Positions 25,150 through 38,524 are shown, counted from the stretch's first letter. The stretch is DNA of 64,000 nucleotides from Mobula hypostoma (GCF_963921235.1 NC_086118.1:16556001-16620000), one strand, 5' to 3'. The notes: generated by a model from the sequence alone, not told the origin. Numbers and translations are program-made.

Positions 25150-26019
25150 CTATGGCAGAAACAAAATTTGCAGCGATCAGTCAACAAGCCTTTCTCTATC
25201 AGCCCTGAAATCCATCTTGTGTTATTAAATTGTGACTTCACAAGCTCTTCAGAACTTTAATAAGGATGCTACGGTACAAGCTCTGGGTCAGTCATGTTAG
25301 CATCCTAAAACTTCAACAGGTACATAAAATGCCTATCAACAAATGCTATATCTATCATTAAAACCCCTTCCTCCAATGTGCTGGTGACTTCCCAGAACTA
25401 CAGTCTGCTCATCTTTCAAGATTTTAACTCTCATTCGCTGTACTTTAGAAAAGCAACAGTGTGTTCTGCCAGAATGTTATCTTAATACCAATTCCTTTGA
25501 TTAAAACCTTATGTTTAGATGCTGGCCTGTAGAACAGATATCATGCACATCACTGTGCATCTTTGAATAACTGGCGGAGGGTGAAGCCTTGTATTAAAAT
25601 GTGTTAACAAGCAGGTTATACCACACGGGCTTTTGCAACATAAAATAGGCTGTTCTTTCTTTGCTCTGTTATGACAAAGTTTAATTGTCACCTCAACCCC
25701 AAGCTGAGTTAGTGCCTTACCATTTGCTTGATTGTAGTACATGAGTTGGAATTGGCTAACAGAGGATGGGATTGAAATGGAGCAAAACCATTACTAACTC
25801 CATCAGTACCTGAGGCTACATTGTAAGCAGTCAGCCTAGTCCCATTTGTTGTTATTGAAAAGCAATTTGGTTGTATTTGGGAAAAATGCTCCTCATGCTG
25901 TTCATGCTTATCCTATTGTGACTTGCGGTTTGACACCAGCATCAGGAATTGTACAGAAGCACTAAGGACCTAACTTTCCTACCAATTAATACCTCTGAAG
26001 GCTAACTTGCCTGTTGCAT

Positions 26020-26682
26020 TGGTGGTAAGGAAGGCAAACGCAATGTTCGCATTCATTTCAAGTGGACTAAAATGTAAAAGCAAAGTTGTAGTACTGAGGT
26101 TTTATTGGTCAGACCGCACTTCGAATATTGTGATCAGTTTTGGGCCTCTTATCTAAGAAAGGCCATGCTGACATTGGAGAGAGTCCAGGGGAGATTCATG
26201 GGAATGATCTCAGGAATAAAAGGGTATGAGGAGTGTTTGATGGTGGCAGGCCTGAACTCACTGGAGTTCTGAAGAATGGCGGTGGGGGGGGGGTGATCTC
26301 ATCGAAACCTATTGAATATTGAAAGGCCAAGGTAGGGTGGACATGGAGAAGATTTTTCCAGTAGTGGGGAAGTCTGGGACCAGAAGGCACAGCCTCAGAC
26401 TACAAGGACTTCTCTTTAGAACAGAGATGAGGGTGAATTTCTTTAGCCAGAAGATCGTGAATCTTTGGAATTCGTTGCTATAGATGGCTGTGGAGGTGAA
26501 CTCTTGGGGTAAATTTAAAGCAGAGGTTGATAAGATTCTTGATTAGTAAGGATGTTAAAAATTATGGGGAGAAGGTAGGAGAATGAAGTTCAGAGGGATA
26601 ATAAAATCAGTCATGATGGAATGGCAGAATAGACTTGAGGGCTGAATGGCCTATTTCTGCCCCCATGTCTTGTGGTCTAATG
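26020..26682 (+). mobile_element. CR1 LINE 3' fragment (decayed)
   Basis: gtggtaaggaaggcaaacgcaatg...cagttttgggcctcttatctaagaaagg...ggctgaatggcctatttctgc, closely similar to 40800-41450 and 62690-63260. Confidence 0.88.
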
Positions 26683-27244
26683 ATTAGGAATGTTCAGTAT
26701 TGATTTGATTTACCCTTTAGAAGCATAAATGTAGCCCAATGACCAGTGCTGATCTGAAAATCACTCTCTTGGTCAGCAAGCTTCAGTAATGTTTGTAGTT
26801 AAAGGATACGCCATGATTAAGATATGTTGCCTACAGGCCCGTTTGGACATTAGCAGAAGTTAGAGTAGGCATTTTCTGTGCAGCTGCACCTATTGAGCGA
26901 GGGGCTTCTCAGGGTCTGGATTTTTCTGTGGATTAGGGCTGCAACCACGGGTCTTAGGCTTGATGTATGCATGCCTGTTGTTTTCACCTTCTGTAGAAAA
27001 TAGATGCTGGCAAACACACAGGATATGTGAAACTGACTCTAGATAGTTTCTCTTTTTGGGATAATGAAGATATTTCTATTGCATCAATATGTTTTAAAAA
27101 AAAGCCTGGAATGAAAGTGCTGTGCTGATGAAAGTGTTGAATTATTCTTTTGGATGAAACGCTGCCTATCAATTACAGAGCTATAACAGACCTATAGATC
27201 CCTAGATCATATGGCAATATTTATTGAATAAAAGAGAACTCTTT

Positions 27245-27430
27245 TTATATCTTAGTCAATATTTCTCCCTCAACCAATAATACCATTCATCTCACTGTTC
27301 TTTGCAGGAAATTGTTAAATGAGAAAATGGTTCTTGGGGTTTGCCAGCTTTACAGAAGTAGCTATACTTCAAAATAATTCTTCCTTCGTAAAGTTCTCTG
27401 GGGCTATTGGGAAATGTGATAGGACAGGAC
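27245..27430 (+). mobile_element. DeuSINE/SacSINE1-like 3' relic
   Basis: caatatttctccctcaaccaa...ctatacttcaaaataattc resembles a Deu-domain SINE body and tail by recall. Confidence 0.4.
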
Positions 27431-27779
27431 ACAATTGTAAGCTTTTTGCAAAATGATACTCCCTCTTGTGGGCTACACAGAAATGAACAAAGCACTCAAA
27501 TTACTGATCATGTTCAAAAGCAAGATCTGCCAGCCTGCTAAATTAAAAAAAAAACGAAATAACAGAAGATCAGTTTGGAGGATTTTCATGGTTTTTCAAA
27601 TGCTCAAATCCAAACCCTAAAAACGAATGAAAGAACCAATCACCAGTGTAGACAACAGCTGCACACAAACCTGAAGAACTGTGCTCTTTTTGGAAGACAA
27701 ACAAAAAGCACACACTCACAAATATATCATTAAAAACAGGATGCACAGTTACGAACACATAATTTAAACAGAATTCTAA

Positions 27780-27960
27780 CAGTGTGTGGTCCCAGCACAT
27801 AACGAAAGTCAGACAGAAAAAGAAGAGTACCGAGGGGTCAAATAGCCACACAAAGAAAAGTCTTGATCATGCTGTGCAGAATCTGCACAACACTGAGCTC
27901 CCTTCAAAATTTGTTCAGGATTTATATGCCACTCTTGGCATTCAAATTGGCATTCAAATA
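27780..27960 (+). mobile_element. Highly decayed Rex1-like RT C-terminal fragment
   Basis: tggtcccagcacata...agaatctgcacaacactgagctccct resembles the C-terminal part of the Rex1-like copies at 770-1040 and 55460-55740. Confidence 0.35.
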
Positions 27961-29904
27961 TATGCTAATGGCCAGACACAAACTGCTACAAATGGTGTGT
28001 GTGTGTGTATTTAATAATAAAGACTGTTAATAAAGATTTAACAACGTTCCTGTTGTTTAAAAGTTAATAGGTTAATTGTCCCTGCTGAGGGTAAAATTTG
28101 TTACAAATTTGAGAATGGTTAAGCTTCTTTAACAGAAACTCCAAACTTGTACCTGTGCAAGCCAACAGAACTACTTCCAAAGGCCTATAATCCTAGTCCC
28201 TCTTTGTTACTAAGTGACCGACAGCCAATAAGTTTGGAGATAAGTGCCTAAACTATCTATTTATCAACAATCTAACAAGTTACAAAGTCAACAACAAGCT
28301 CAGTTGAGTTTAAAATATAGAAAGTAACTGGGTTTTAAAAAAGTAATAATGTATTCAAACCTCCTTTTAGTCTCTCTGAGATGATACGAGAGTGAAAGCG
28401 ACAGCTGCCAGCCTGGTCTCCATTTATTCTGTAAGGTAAGATCCCTGACAGGTTGCCTTGCTGTTCTGTAACATCAACCATGCTTAATTTCTGAAAGGAT
28501 CAAAGCCCCCTGAGTCTCTGACCACGGCCATGTTGTTGTAAAGCCCACGTCGCACTGACTCTCCCCATACTTCCGAGTGATGCCTTCGGAATTCAAAATG
28601 AATGGGCAGGGAAACACCATGTAGACAGCGAGATCACTCCCAGCACACCCTGCAGTGCTGTGATCCTGCAAATAACGCCGGCTGCATGCATGTTGAAACC
28701 TGTATAAAGTACTCCCTTGCAGGCGCCAGCTGCACTTTAAACCTAAAGGCAGAATGGTGCATTTTAAAGCTTTAGAAAATGACATTAAAATTTTTAATTG
28801 AAGGAAGACTGCCGGTTAGACCAGAGCATGAACTTCTGAAGCATCTCAACCATTCACTGCAATCTGACCAGATAACTTACGCACAACTGATCAAATTAAG
28901 TTGATAAATATAGTCCCACCAGTTGTCAGCTGTGAATATATCTGCTTAGCAGATGCATGCTGGGTAACAGTGAGCAACTTGCTCATCCAGCTGAAAATTG
29001 TCTACAATTTACCGAATGCTGTTGTCACTGGTGTGAATTTACTCTTAATATTGCAAGAAATATTTGCCAGAAATGAAGAAGAGCACTTTAGGAAAGAACT
29101 TTACAAAGTCAACAGGAATGGGGTTTGCCCTAGTCACTGTCTGAGTCCATAACAAGCATTTTAACTGATGTATCTAATGTCAGACCCATGTACCGTATTT
29201 TTAACTTTTGACCAAAATGAATCCCAAACCTTCTAAGCTTTTAAAAGAACATTACTGCCCTGTGCAAATTTGCCTATTAATTTTTTTTATGTACAAAATT
29301 TATTTTTGAAGTAATTGACACTACGCATAATTTAACAATGACTTTGCTAGCAAGGGCAAAGGCTGTATGCTTTTTTCCTGTAAAATCATCATTGAGATTT
29401 ATATGTGCAATAACAATTGTGGTTAGAATCTATTAAACTCAGTCTTAATCCTCTGAAAAGTTAACTGTTTGGATCTTAGCTTAAAAAATCTTAATATTTC
29501 CATTCCATCATTCATAAGGTTCCTTTTCTTTCTTTAAAAAAATGTTTCTGAGTACATTTGAAATACCAAACCAATGACTATCAAGGGAAAGTGTGTGCCT
29601 GCAGCTTTGGGAGAACTGTGTTATCTTTTCTACCTTCCTCTCATCTCTAGACTTAAGGTTCAGTAGAAATGAAAGGTACAAAAGCCATTCCTTGATTTGG
29701 GAATGGGATGTGTTCCTGAAAAGAAATGTTTTGTCAAGTGAAATACCTTAAATTGAGAACTCTAGATAAAGTGCACAATGGGTATTTTGGTAACGAAAAC
29801 AGATCCGTTATTAGAGGATACATATGCCAAACAGTCAATCACATTATCACAAAAAATATAAATCAGATGTTCATCATTGAGTATCTGCACTAAACTTGCA
29901 TATT

Positions 29905-30685
29905 ATAGAATGAGGTGATCTGACTAAAATATAATAGATTCTGAGGGGGTTTGATAGGGTAGATGCAATGTAGAAATATTCCCTGATTGGAGTGGATCGA
30001 TAGGAGGGAGTTTCAGGGGTATAACCTCAAGGTGAGGGGTTAACCACTCAAGATTCAGATGAGAAATCTAGTGTTTGTGAACATTTGGAAGGGTCTACTC
30101 CACAGATCCTCCAAGAGGAACATAATCTTGTCATGGTTTGGAGGCTTCCATACCTCAATGCCCCAGAGAGGTGTGTTGGCTAGAGTCAGAGCATGCCAAA
30201 CAGGTCAAAGAGTAGAGGCCAGACTAAGCGTGGTCCACCGGTCATCCACGTTTGGGGGTTCAACTCAGGACTAACAACCCTGATTGGTAAAACTAAATTA
30301 TTACAGACACAGCCATGAAGAATCCTTCTACATCTGAGTGCGAGGGTATTTGAGTCTCTCCCTGTGACTTGCATGACTGACTGTAGTGAAAACGGAGAGC
30401 AAGTTACTGACACAATGACGGAAGCTCTGAACACTGCCAGAGATGGTGGACCACCACGGGGGCCCTAAATACCAGCAGCATAACTGGCAGTCAGTAAGTA
30501 CTTCAGGGATGGGACAGCTGAATCATCATTCAGAGTTGAAACATTTAGATGTCTGGACTTTAGGCGATTCAAGAGACATTAGGGAATGGGTAGGAAAGCA
30601 GAGTTAACCCTAAAAACCAGATTAAACCTAATTTCATTGTATAACACAACAGGATTGAAGGATTACATGAGCCACTCCAGCACCT
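29905..30685 (+). mobile_element. Old CR1 3' fragment interrupted by an RTE-like non-coding element (~30110-30500)
   Basis: CR1-like gaggtgatctgactaaa...gatagggtagatgca flanks an insert with catgccaaacaggtcaaag...ctaacaaccctg, resembling RTE 5' regions. Confidence 0.55.
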
Positions 30686-31684
30686 TTTTTTTTTAAATAA
30701 TCAGGTGTTAAAAGGGTTCAATATGCAAAGTACAAAGGAACTAACTCCAGCAGAAATAAAATTATGTGATTGTACAGTATAATCTTAAAACAAATGAGTA
30801 AAGTCAATGGGAATGGAAATGAGGTGGTAGTTTCTTATACAAAATGTCACAGAGATTTTAAATAAAAGTTTTGGATATTGAAGTAATTTAAGATTTCCAG
30901 ATAATAAATGATAGACTTTTGTTTGTTATTGTGGATGTAGATTATGTTGATCTGTTGGTCATTATCTGGAAATCTTTACTGGGTAGTACACGTAGTTACT
31001 GCATTCATCAGCCATGATATAACTGACAGTAGCCCTGGACTGAGGAGCTAAATGGACCCCTATTCCTCTGTTTACCTCATGTTGCAGTTCCTACTGTGAA
31101 CACAACTCAACAATGACAGGCTATTACAAAGTAAAAGTATAAGGTTCTGCAGTGGAAATACTGAGCAAGCAACATAGTCAAGATGTTTTTCTAAGTTGGA
31201 GGCTTAGTCACATTACTAAGGTAGCTTCCCTCAAGAGATTGTTTTATTTTAGATCTGGCTTACTAAAGTAACCAGCATCAGAGTGGCTTAAAGCGCCACT
31301 AGAGGGAAATTGAAAGGGCCTTCCAATTCCACTGATCATTGCAAGCAATAAAGAGGACACTGAAAACTTGTAACTCTGCATCTACACCGCAAGTGTAATG
31401 TTCACTATTGCTACACTGCATGTAACCAGCACAAGACATCAGAAGCCTTTTCCATCAACTGTAATACCACAGAAGGCATTAGAAATGTGAAGCCTCAGCA
31501 CAATGGTTTTGAGGCATTTGAGAAAAAGCCAAAAGTGGTAGTGCTTTTCAAACATTCCCCTTACTTCAAATAAACTAGTGACTTTTCAGATAGTTACTGA
31601 TGGGTAACAAATAGAAAGCAAGTAAAATTAAAATGCTGCTTTGTGGAAAAGGATCTTCTTCACACCATTTTTATTCATTAGGTC

Positions 31685-32191
31685 CCCCACTAGTCAGGGC
31701 CGACCAAGCTGTCTATGTGATACACAAGCCAGAGCAGTACGATAAAGAGAGCAGGCTGTTGCCCATGCAGCAGTCTCCCCCTCTTCACGCAGCTAAGGAA
31801 CAGCAGAGACAGTTTACCACTGGTGGCATTGTAGGAGTTGCTAGTCAGCATTTGGACAATGTAGGGACTCCAGCTCCAGATTTTTTCCCTCAGGTTTTAC
31901 TCACAAAGCCCTCCCCATGAGCGGGTACAGCCACAAGGCAGCTAAGGTTTGAGATCAGAGTTTTCCTTCTCCTAGATGAACTCCAATGACGGCTGACAAG
32001 CACCATCTGCTCAAGGTGACTGATTTTAAGACACCTTTAGCTATCCCCTTGTCAGTAGGAACGGTTCTGCTGGGCTTAGGAGCTGGACTTGGTTGTCAGA
32101 GGCTATTTGAGTCACATGCTATTGGGAGTATTTAATAGGTAGTGGGAACTTATCCCACTACCTCCCCCGGCTTGGACAACCTTAAGGAACC
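31685..32191 (-). mobile_element. RTE-related non-autonomous element relic
   Basis: GC-richer block with ttttccttctcctagatg and gagagcaggctgttgcccatgcagcag motifs, recalled from RTE-derived repeats. Confidence 0.5.
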
Positions 32192-32839
32192 TTGCACCAT
32201 TAGCATTTCAGTATTTATTTTTAAATGAAAGGTATTGTACATCTTGACAGATGGTTGGGATTTGGAAAGATTTGAGAGGACCGCAGGCGTGGCTGTTTAA
32301 TTAAAACCAAGCAGCTGCCAAAAAAATCTTGCCGTTACAGCTCACTCTGATTGTTACGTTTCAAACTCCTCCAGTAAGTCACCACTTCTTTTTAAATGAC
32401 CACATCTTGCAGTGTTTATTAATACAATACGCTGTATAAATATCTGTGGTTACAATTATTTTATTTACAACTGCATTGGCGACAGTTGGAGTACAGCAGA
32501 ATACGGTGCTGTGGAGTGTCATACAGCATGAAGCAGAAAGATGTTCTCACCTCATAATCAATTCTGGCCCCGAATTGTTCTGCTCTGATTTACTCTGCCT
32601 TTAGTACAAGCATTCCTGTTCACTTTTTACTTTCCCATTTTGTTCATACCTGCCTGAACTTCTCCCTTACATTCCTTAACTGACAGCCTGAGACAGTTGC
32701 AGTGCATTAGGAGTTCCGCTCTTTGGCTTTGATGACAGGAAACACATTTTCACAGAGAGCTACATGGCAACCAGCTGATTCTTATCACCAGTGAGGTTGC
32801 TGCTCAGCCCGTAATCTTTTTGGAACCTTCCAGGTCAAG

Positions 32840-33150
32840 CTGTGTCAGGTGTCAGCTGTTTGCAGTTGACACTCTCTTTCCGTGCTCACCTGATGCTAAG
32901 GCAACCAGATTTGCTCCAAGCACTTGAGCACAAAATCCTCCCTTAAACTCTATTGCTGAACTTCAGGTGAGATGTTCAACTCAGGTTGCGGTAAATGGAT
33001 ATCGTCCCATGCAAAAGGTGGAAACAGGAGAAAAGAGTATTCCCTCAAGTCCCAACAACCATTTAGTCCACACCTACTGTGATTACCAGCATGTTACCTT
33101 TCGTTATCATCGCAAACTGGTGTGCATAATTTAACCTCTTCTACAGTAGT
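32840..33150 (+). mobile_element. Ancient DeuSINE-like relic
   Basis: acttgagcacaaaatc...tcaggtgagatgttcaac...gcaaactgg is weakly collinear with Deu-domain SINEs. Confidence 0.35.
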
Positions 33151-35404
33151 AACCACACAGAAAGGTACAGAACAGGAACACGAACAGGCCCTTTGAAATG
33201 ATAACATGCTTGACAAAAATATCGTGTTTCAAATGCTTTAATGATTACAAAGTAAGTATTTAGTGAATGTGATTTAACAGCTTTTAGTTAACCAGTGTGA
33301 TTTCAAAGGCAGAATAACTCTCACATGCAATAAACAAACAGTTAGGAAGTGCATCCTCTGGTCCAAATTTATTTCTTAAAAATTCATAACACATTTTAAT
33401 TAAGGCACTCTTTATTCAAACAATAACGCCAGTATGCAATTGGCATATACTGCAGAAACCTGGTTAAAATTGCAGTGAATTTCAAAAATATTCAGTAAAC
33501 TATTTCAATATTGATTCAAGTTGGATCAATCAACCACGAAATTAACAAATTACAGATTAAAGCTGGGTCCTGAGACATTCCAGAAGAGTCACTGATTGAT
33601 CTATTTTCTAGAATGCTCTATTACATTAATGGAAATAACTAAAAGGCATGAGCAATGTCTCCTGTTGCACAAAGCCTGAGAGTTGACAGTCCGACATTCA
33701 CTGCACTGATGCTGACCTCCATGGCTCAGATCACAGCAATACACTGCTAGGAACAAGACCAGCTATGCGGCAAGATAAGCCAATATTGGGCCATTTTTAA
33801 AGAAAGTAAACATTAAAACAATTTGTTTTGACTCTTAGTTGGATCTATGTCAGGAAGATGAAAAGCTCTAATGCACCTGCTGTATGCCTTAACTTGTAAA
33901 GCTTTGTTGCATTATTCCTGTTTCCTCTTAACATCTGCAATGACAAATACTTGACGGTATCTATGAAAATATATAGGAAATCTGCAATAGAATACTTAAA
34001 AGTAGTGCACTTGTCAAGAACAACATATGTCATAACTGTTTGGGTGACAGATTTCTGGCGCCTGATCGTTCACTGAGTGGTAATGCACAATCCATTTTGA
34101 TTTACTCATCTACCCTCCACACTATGGATGCATTAACGATGAGGGTTCTGTTCTCTTTATAATCTTAAACAGGAGCATGGAAAAACAGAAGGAAAACTTA
34201 AGAGCGTTCAGAAATAGTAACAGGTTGGAACATCCTTGCTGAAAACAGAAACGTGTATGAAGTACAATGTCAGACTTAATTATAATTTGTTTCAGGAAGG
34301 TGGCAGTGTTGTCATGGTGTTGAAAAGCTGCACTATTACAATTTTCATGCAGCTTTCACACAAAACTGCTGGTGAGATTAATGAAAATATTTAAATTAGC
34401 AATTGCATACAATAATTAACCAGCATTTTTAGTTGTGTCAGAAAATAATGCAAAATACATTAAAACTTGCATTTGAATAGATCTCTGTAAGTTTTAAGCA
34501 ATTATTTGCAAATGTGAAAATGTTTTAATGTAATCTTAACAAAGCAAATGCATATCAATATTAGAAACTGATACATAACGATTTAATTTTACAACAAGTG
34601 TACAAACCCATTTATCTGATATATAAGTAAAGCCCAAAGCTGTTTAATAGAATTCATACATCAACTTGTATGCTAATGTTTGTTTCTAAAAGACAAACTG
34701 GTACTGTGAGATCATTATATTGGTAAACATACAGTCTAAAACAGGGATGATGGGCTTTCATTCTGTGGTGAGTTGCTTTCAAAGACAGAATAATACTGCA
34801 TTGGTTTTATTCTGGTCTACTTCTGCCTTGTTAACAAGCACATCAGGAGAAATTGGCCTAAGATTCCAAAGGTTTAAGATTCAAAATCCACAAACAATAC
34901 TGATGACTAAACAAATGAGCTGGACAAGGTCAATTCTCTATTTTGGTCATGGACTATATGACTGTCTTCCGTTTTTTTGCATTTCACAGTGCAGAGCAAG
35001 AATAATTGCATTCGTACTGAGCAGGTGACAATTAAACACCTCAAACCACTCCAGTCCAGCCAACTACTGCACAATGGGAAGGTCCATACTTGACCAACAT
35101 ATATAATACAAATAAAAGCAAGCTGGCAACACCATATTGCACTCCAGTTCTCCTACAGGTTGTATCGTGACACCGATGACCTATATTTTTTTTCTCAGAA
35201 ATAAACGGGAAAAGCATCCGGTTTGCTGAAAAAGAACACAATCCAAAAATATAACACTGATAATCAAACTGAAGAATGCAGATAGAATATAGAGCAATAC
35301 ATGTCCTCATTCTAATGAATTGAAGTTTTAAAAAGTATTTGAATACACTTTAAAATTACTGCAAAATTCTGTTCGTGATATATTAAGTTATAGTCTGCTC
35401 TTAC

Positions 35405-35459
35405 CTGATCTGAACTTGCTTCGGATAAGCAGAGAATGTTCTGAGCCCAAAAGTGTCAT
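35405..35459 (-). CDS. myocd: Myocardin coding exon 1 (MTLLGSEHSLLIRSKFRS + 1 nt)
   Basis: The reverse complement reads ccaacATG ACA CTT TTG GGC TCA GAA CAT TCT CTG CTT ATC CGA AGC AAG TTC AGA TCA G|gtaaga. The peptide matches the myocardin-specific N-terminus as I recall it. There is an A at -3, the exon is 55 nt and phase 1. Confidence 0.97.
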
Positions 35460-37600
35460 GTTGGTAGTTAAGACGCAATAGACAATTCCAGTAAAGCGGC
35501 CAAAACCAAAGTTGTCTTCAGTGTTTCAGATCATAAATTGGCTCAGACAAACTAAAGACAACTGGGAACTGCAAGTGAGAAATAAGAGTTCGTCCAAAAA
35601 CTCTCTTTCTCTCTCTCTCTCTCTCACACATACACGACTTGTTTCTGTTCTCTTAGACAGCAGGGGTAGCTGTGTGCAGCGAAAGACTTGTGAAAGGATT
35701 TTGGTCCCATCCACCCCCCCCCGGCCAGCAGACAGCAACCGATTAAACTGCACAGCGTTGCACTGGGGCGAACTAATTAACGTGCACTCAGCCGGGACCC
35801 TCCTACCACGGCGGTTTTACTACCATCATCAGCATCATCATCACAGCCTCAGCGTTCTTGGCTCCGATCAAGCCTGCGCTGGGGACTATCAGTTCAAGAC
35901 TTGGGAGCTGCTGTTATCTGATCCTGGATAATACCCGTGGCAGCTTGTCAAGTCGAAGAGGGGAGGTCGGTCCCGCGGTTCCGGACAGTCTCGCACAGTT
36001 GATTCCAAAGCTTCACAGCAGTTGTCACAGCTATAGAAAGAGTCAGGCAGCGTCCGAGGAGTCACTCGAAGCTGTTAGCACATCGCAGCTCTCGGGGCAT
36101 GATTAAAATAAGCAGGAAGCAGCGAGACTGGATTCACCCTCGACAACGACCGGTTCGATTGCAAAACTAGAAGCCGTGAATTACGGGCGTATCCGAGGGC
36201 ATGGAGTCAGCTTTTAACTGACACTTAACTTTTGATGTTTTTCAAAGGGGAATATTTCCACAACAAATACAAAAAGCAAATTAAGTAATCCGCAGGACGA
36301 TTTACTTTCAAAAATGCAATAAAATCCAAAAGAGCCGGAAACTGCATAAATAAAGGTCTTGAAAACATTAACACGGTTTCTCACAGATGATGCCATGCCC
36401 TGATGATTTTTCTCAGCACTTTGTTTTTATTTCAGATTACCGTCATCTGCAGGTTTTAATTTGCCGCCTTTAAATTGCGTTTAGGTGTAATAAACGGTGC
36501 GCGGCTCTGCTTTCGATTAATTAACACAGAGCTTTAGTCGGACTGAAACGCAAGGTGGCGTTCTGTTCAACTGTTTCCTCTCTTTTCTGGGCCCTGGAGA
36601 ATTGTGTGCTGGGTGAGAGCAACTGGGATCGTAGCGAGCCGTTGTCTCTTTGGCTTCTCATTTGAGATACCAAGAGGCGACAGGCGAGGTGGATACTGCG
36701 AGATTCTCCCACTCCGCGGCACTGTTTCCGCCAGCGAGAATTGACACCTCGTCCATCACTGCGTACTGTCAGTCACACACAATGCCCAGAGTGTGAGGCG
36801 ACAAAACAAATGAGAGCTTGCAAGGAAGGTCCGAAAATGCAGCGCTGCCCGATGGTTGACGGAGCAAGGGGTTTGTTTTCAGAATTGCGTACATTAAGAC
36901 AGCACGATTAAAACGCTGGGTTCACATTTAAGATTAAATATACACTATACACATGTTTGTCTAGATTTTATGATTAAAACCTAACGCAAAGACTAACTTT
37001 ACACGACTAGTAATGTACAGAGTTTTCAATGCGCGCTGATGTAGAAGTGGGACAAAGTGACTCAGTCTAAGGGTCCGAAATGATAACAGGAGGTAAGGTG
37101 AGGTTCCCTGGAAAAGGTGTGTTTTGCTGAAACGTTTACATCTCCGTTTACACCCTGGCTGCCGTACACACGCTGCTCTGGTTTTGAAGGAGGTCGTGAA
37201 TTATCAGCGTACTGTTAGGGTCAGCTGCCCAGCTGACAATATAAATTGCCGGGGGGGTGGGGGTGGAATTTGAGTTCTTGTCTTAATTTAAACGTGAGCT
37301 CCGCAATACAACCCGTGCTTCTGGGAAATGCATGTTTGGCTTTGGAAGAGTGTGAAATGCTGGATGTTGTTTAGGAGTAAAACTGCAGAACTGATGATAG
37401 CTTGGCATTTTAGTCGTTGGTTGGGGACCAGCTAAACGAACTGATCTCGCTATATTTTAGCGCTGCGGCAGCTTTCCCAGGGTTTCCTACAGTTCAGCAA
37501 GTGAGTACACCGCCGAAATTAGATTAGCAGAGGTCAACCCTTGTGAATATCACCCCTTGGATCTGTCTACTCTACTGCCGTCTGCGCAGTCGCCACTGGC
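35460..37600 (-). promoter_or_regulatory. Putative myocd 5'UTR and CpG-enriched proximal promoter; TSS not determinable
   Basis: Lies directly upstream of the ATG, visibly CpG-rich against a CpG-depleted background, with no recognisable transposon. Contains T-box-like sites (AGGTGTAA ~36483, TGACACCT ~36742) and GATA sites (~35914-35931). Confidence 0.7.
35601..35634. repeat. (CT)n(CA)n microsatellite about 140-175 nt upstream of the myocd ATG
   Basis: ctctctttctctctctctctctctcacacataca read directly. Confidence 0.9.
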
Positions 37601-37939
37601 AAATGCTACCAACAATATATTTGGGCTTTTTATTAAGATTGAAACAACCAAGATTCATAAACCATCTTCCCTTCACACCCAAAGACTTTGTATTTCCGGA
37701 TACTGTACTGTAACGCAAATGCACGACCATATATACAGCTGGGGAAAAGAGGGCGGGTCAAAATGTAAATCCTTCCCAACGCTCAGCTCAAAAATAAAGC
37801 TTGAGGATTGTCCCAGAACCACAAATTATACGATCATCCCAGGTTAAAGGTCTTAGTAGCATTACACGTTACGTACATTAAAATATTTTTGACGCCATTA
37901 TTACATACTTATGATTAATAAAGATGAGCAATACCAACG

Positions 37940-38210
37940 GTGTCGGAGTACAATACTGTAATGCTGTCGGCAAACGACTCCGACAACCCCGACTTCGGTC
38001 GGTGTGCAGTTTGCAAGCTCTCCCTGCAACCCCACGGGCTCTCCCCCCGTCCACCTCAGCTGCTCCTGTTTCTTCTCAAGTCCCAACGGGGGCTAAGGGT
38101 GAGAGTTTTTGGGTATGCGAAAGTGTAGGTTATGGGGGAAATGCTGAATAATAGTATTGCTCTGGGAACCAGCATTCACTCATTGGGCTGAACAGCCACC
38201 TGTTTATGTC
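37940..38210 (+). mobile_element. Decayed V-SINE-like element
   Basis: gtgtgcagtttgcaagctctccctgcaacc...tcctgtttcttctcaagtccc, followed by a CR1-like tail. Confidence 0.5.
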
Positions 38211-38524
38211 TTGAGGCAAATGAGGAATAAGTGGATAAAAGGTCACTCGATAGACGGTCAAGAACCACTAAGACAGTAGATGTAGCGACTTTAAACTTCC
38301 CAAGCGGTGTAGAAAAGCAAAGCATCACGACGTGCATTGGACATGTCTAATAACCAGTGATAGAATATGTCGGGGCAGGGCAGTTGGAGCAATGAGATCT
38401 TGTGATGAAGACACTGGACATATATCCCATCAAAGTGAGGAACCCAGAATACAGGTATGTGGATGTTAGACTGCTGGACGATGGGAGGAAATCCTTCACT
38501 AAAATGGAACTATTGTTTGGGGAA

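Larger units (their letters stand above)
1..35459 (-). other. myocd: Myocardin gene span in this window (3' part outside the window). Intron 1 is 35404-25150 (10255 bp), intron 2 is 25083-9520 (15564 bp), intron 3 starts at 9463.
   Basis: Three collinear, phase-compatible exons. No RPEL2-encoding exon was recognised in 1-9463. Confidence 0.9.

Noticed and set aside
35512..35931. 139-aa plus-strand ORF over the myocd leader
   Set aside because: Non-ATG start, runs through a microsatellite (SLSLSL) and a CAT repeat, and has no recognisable homology.
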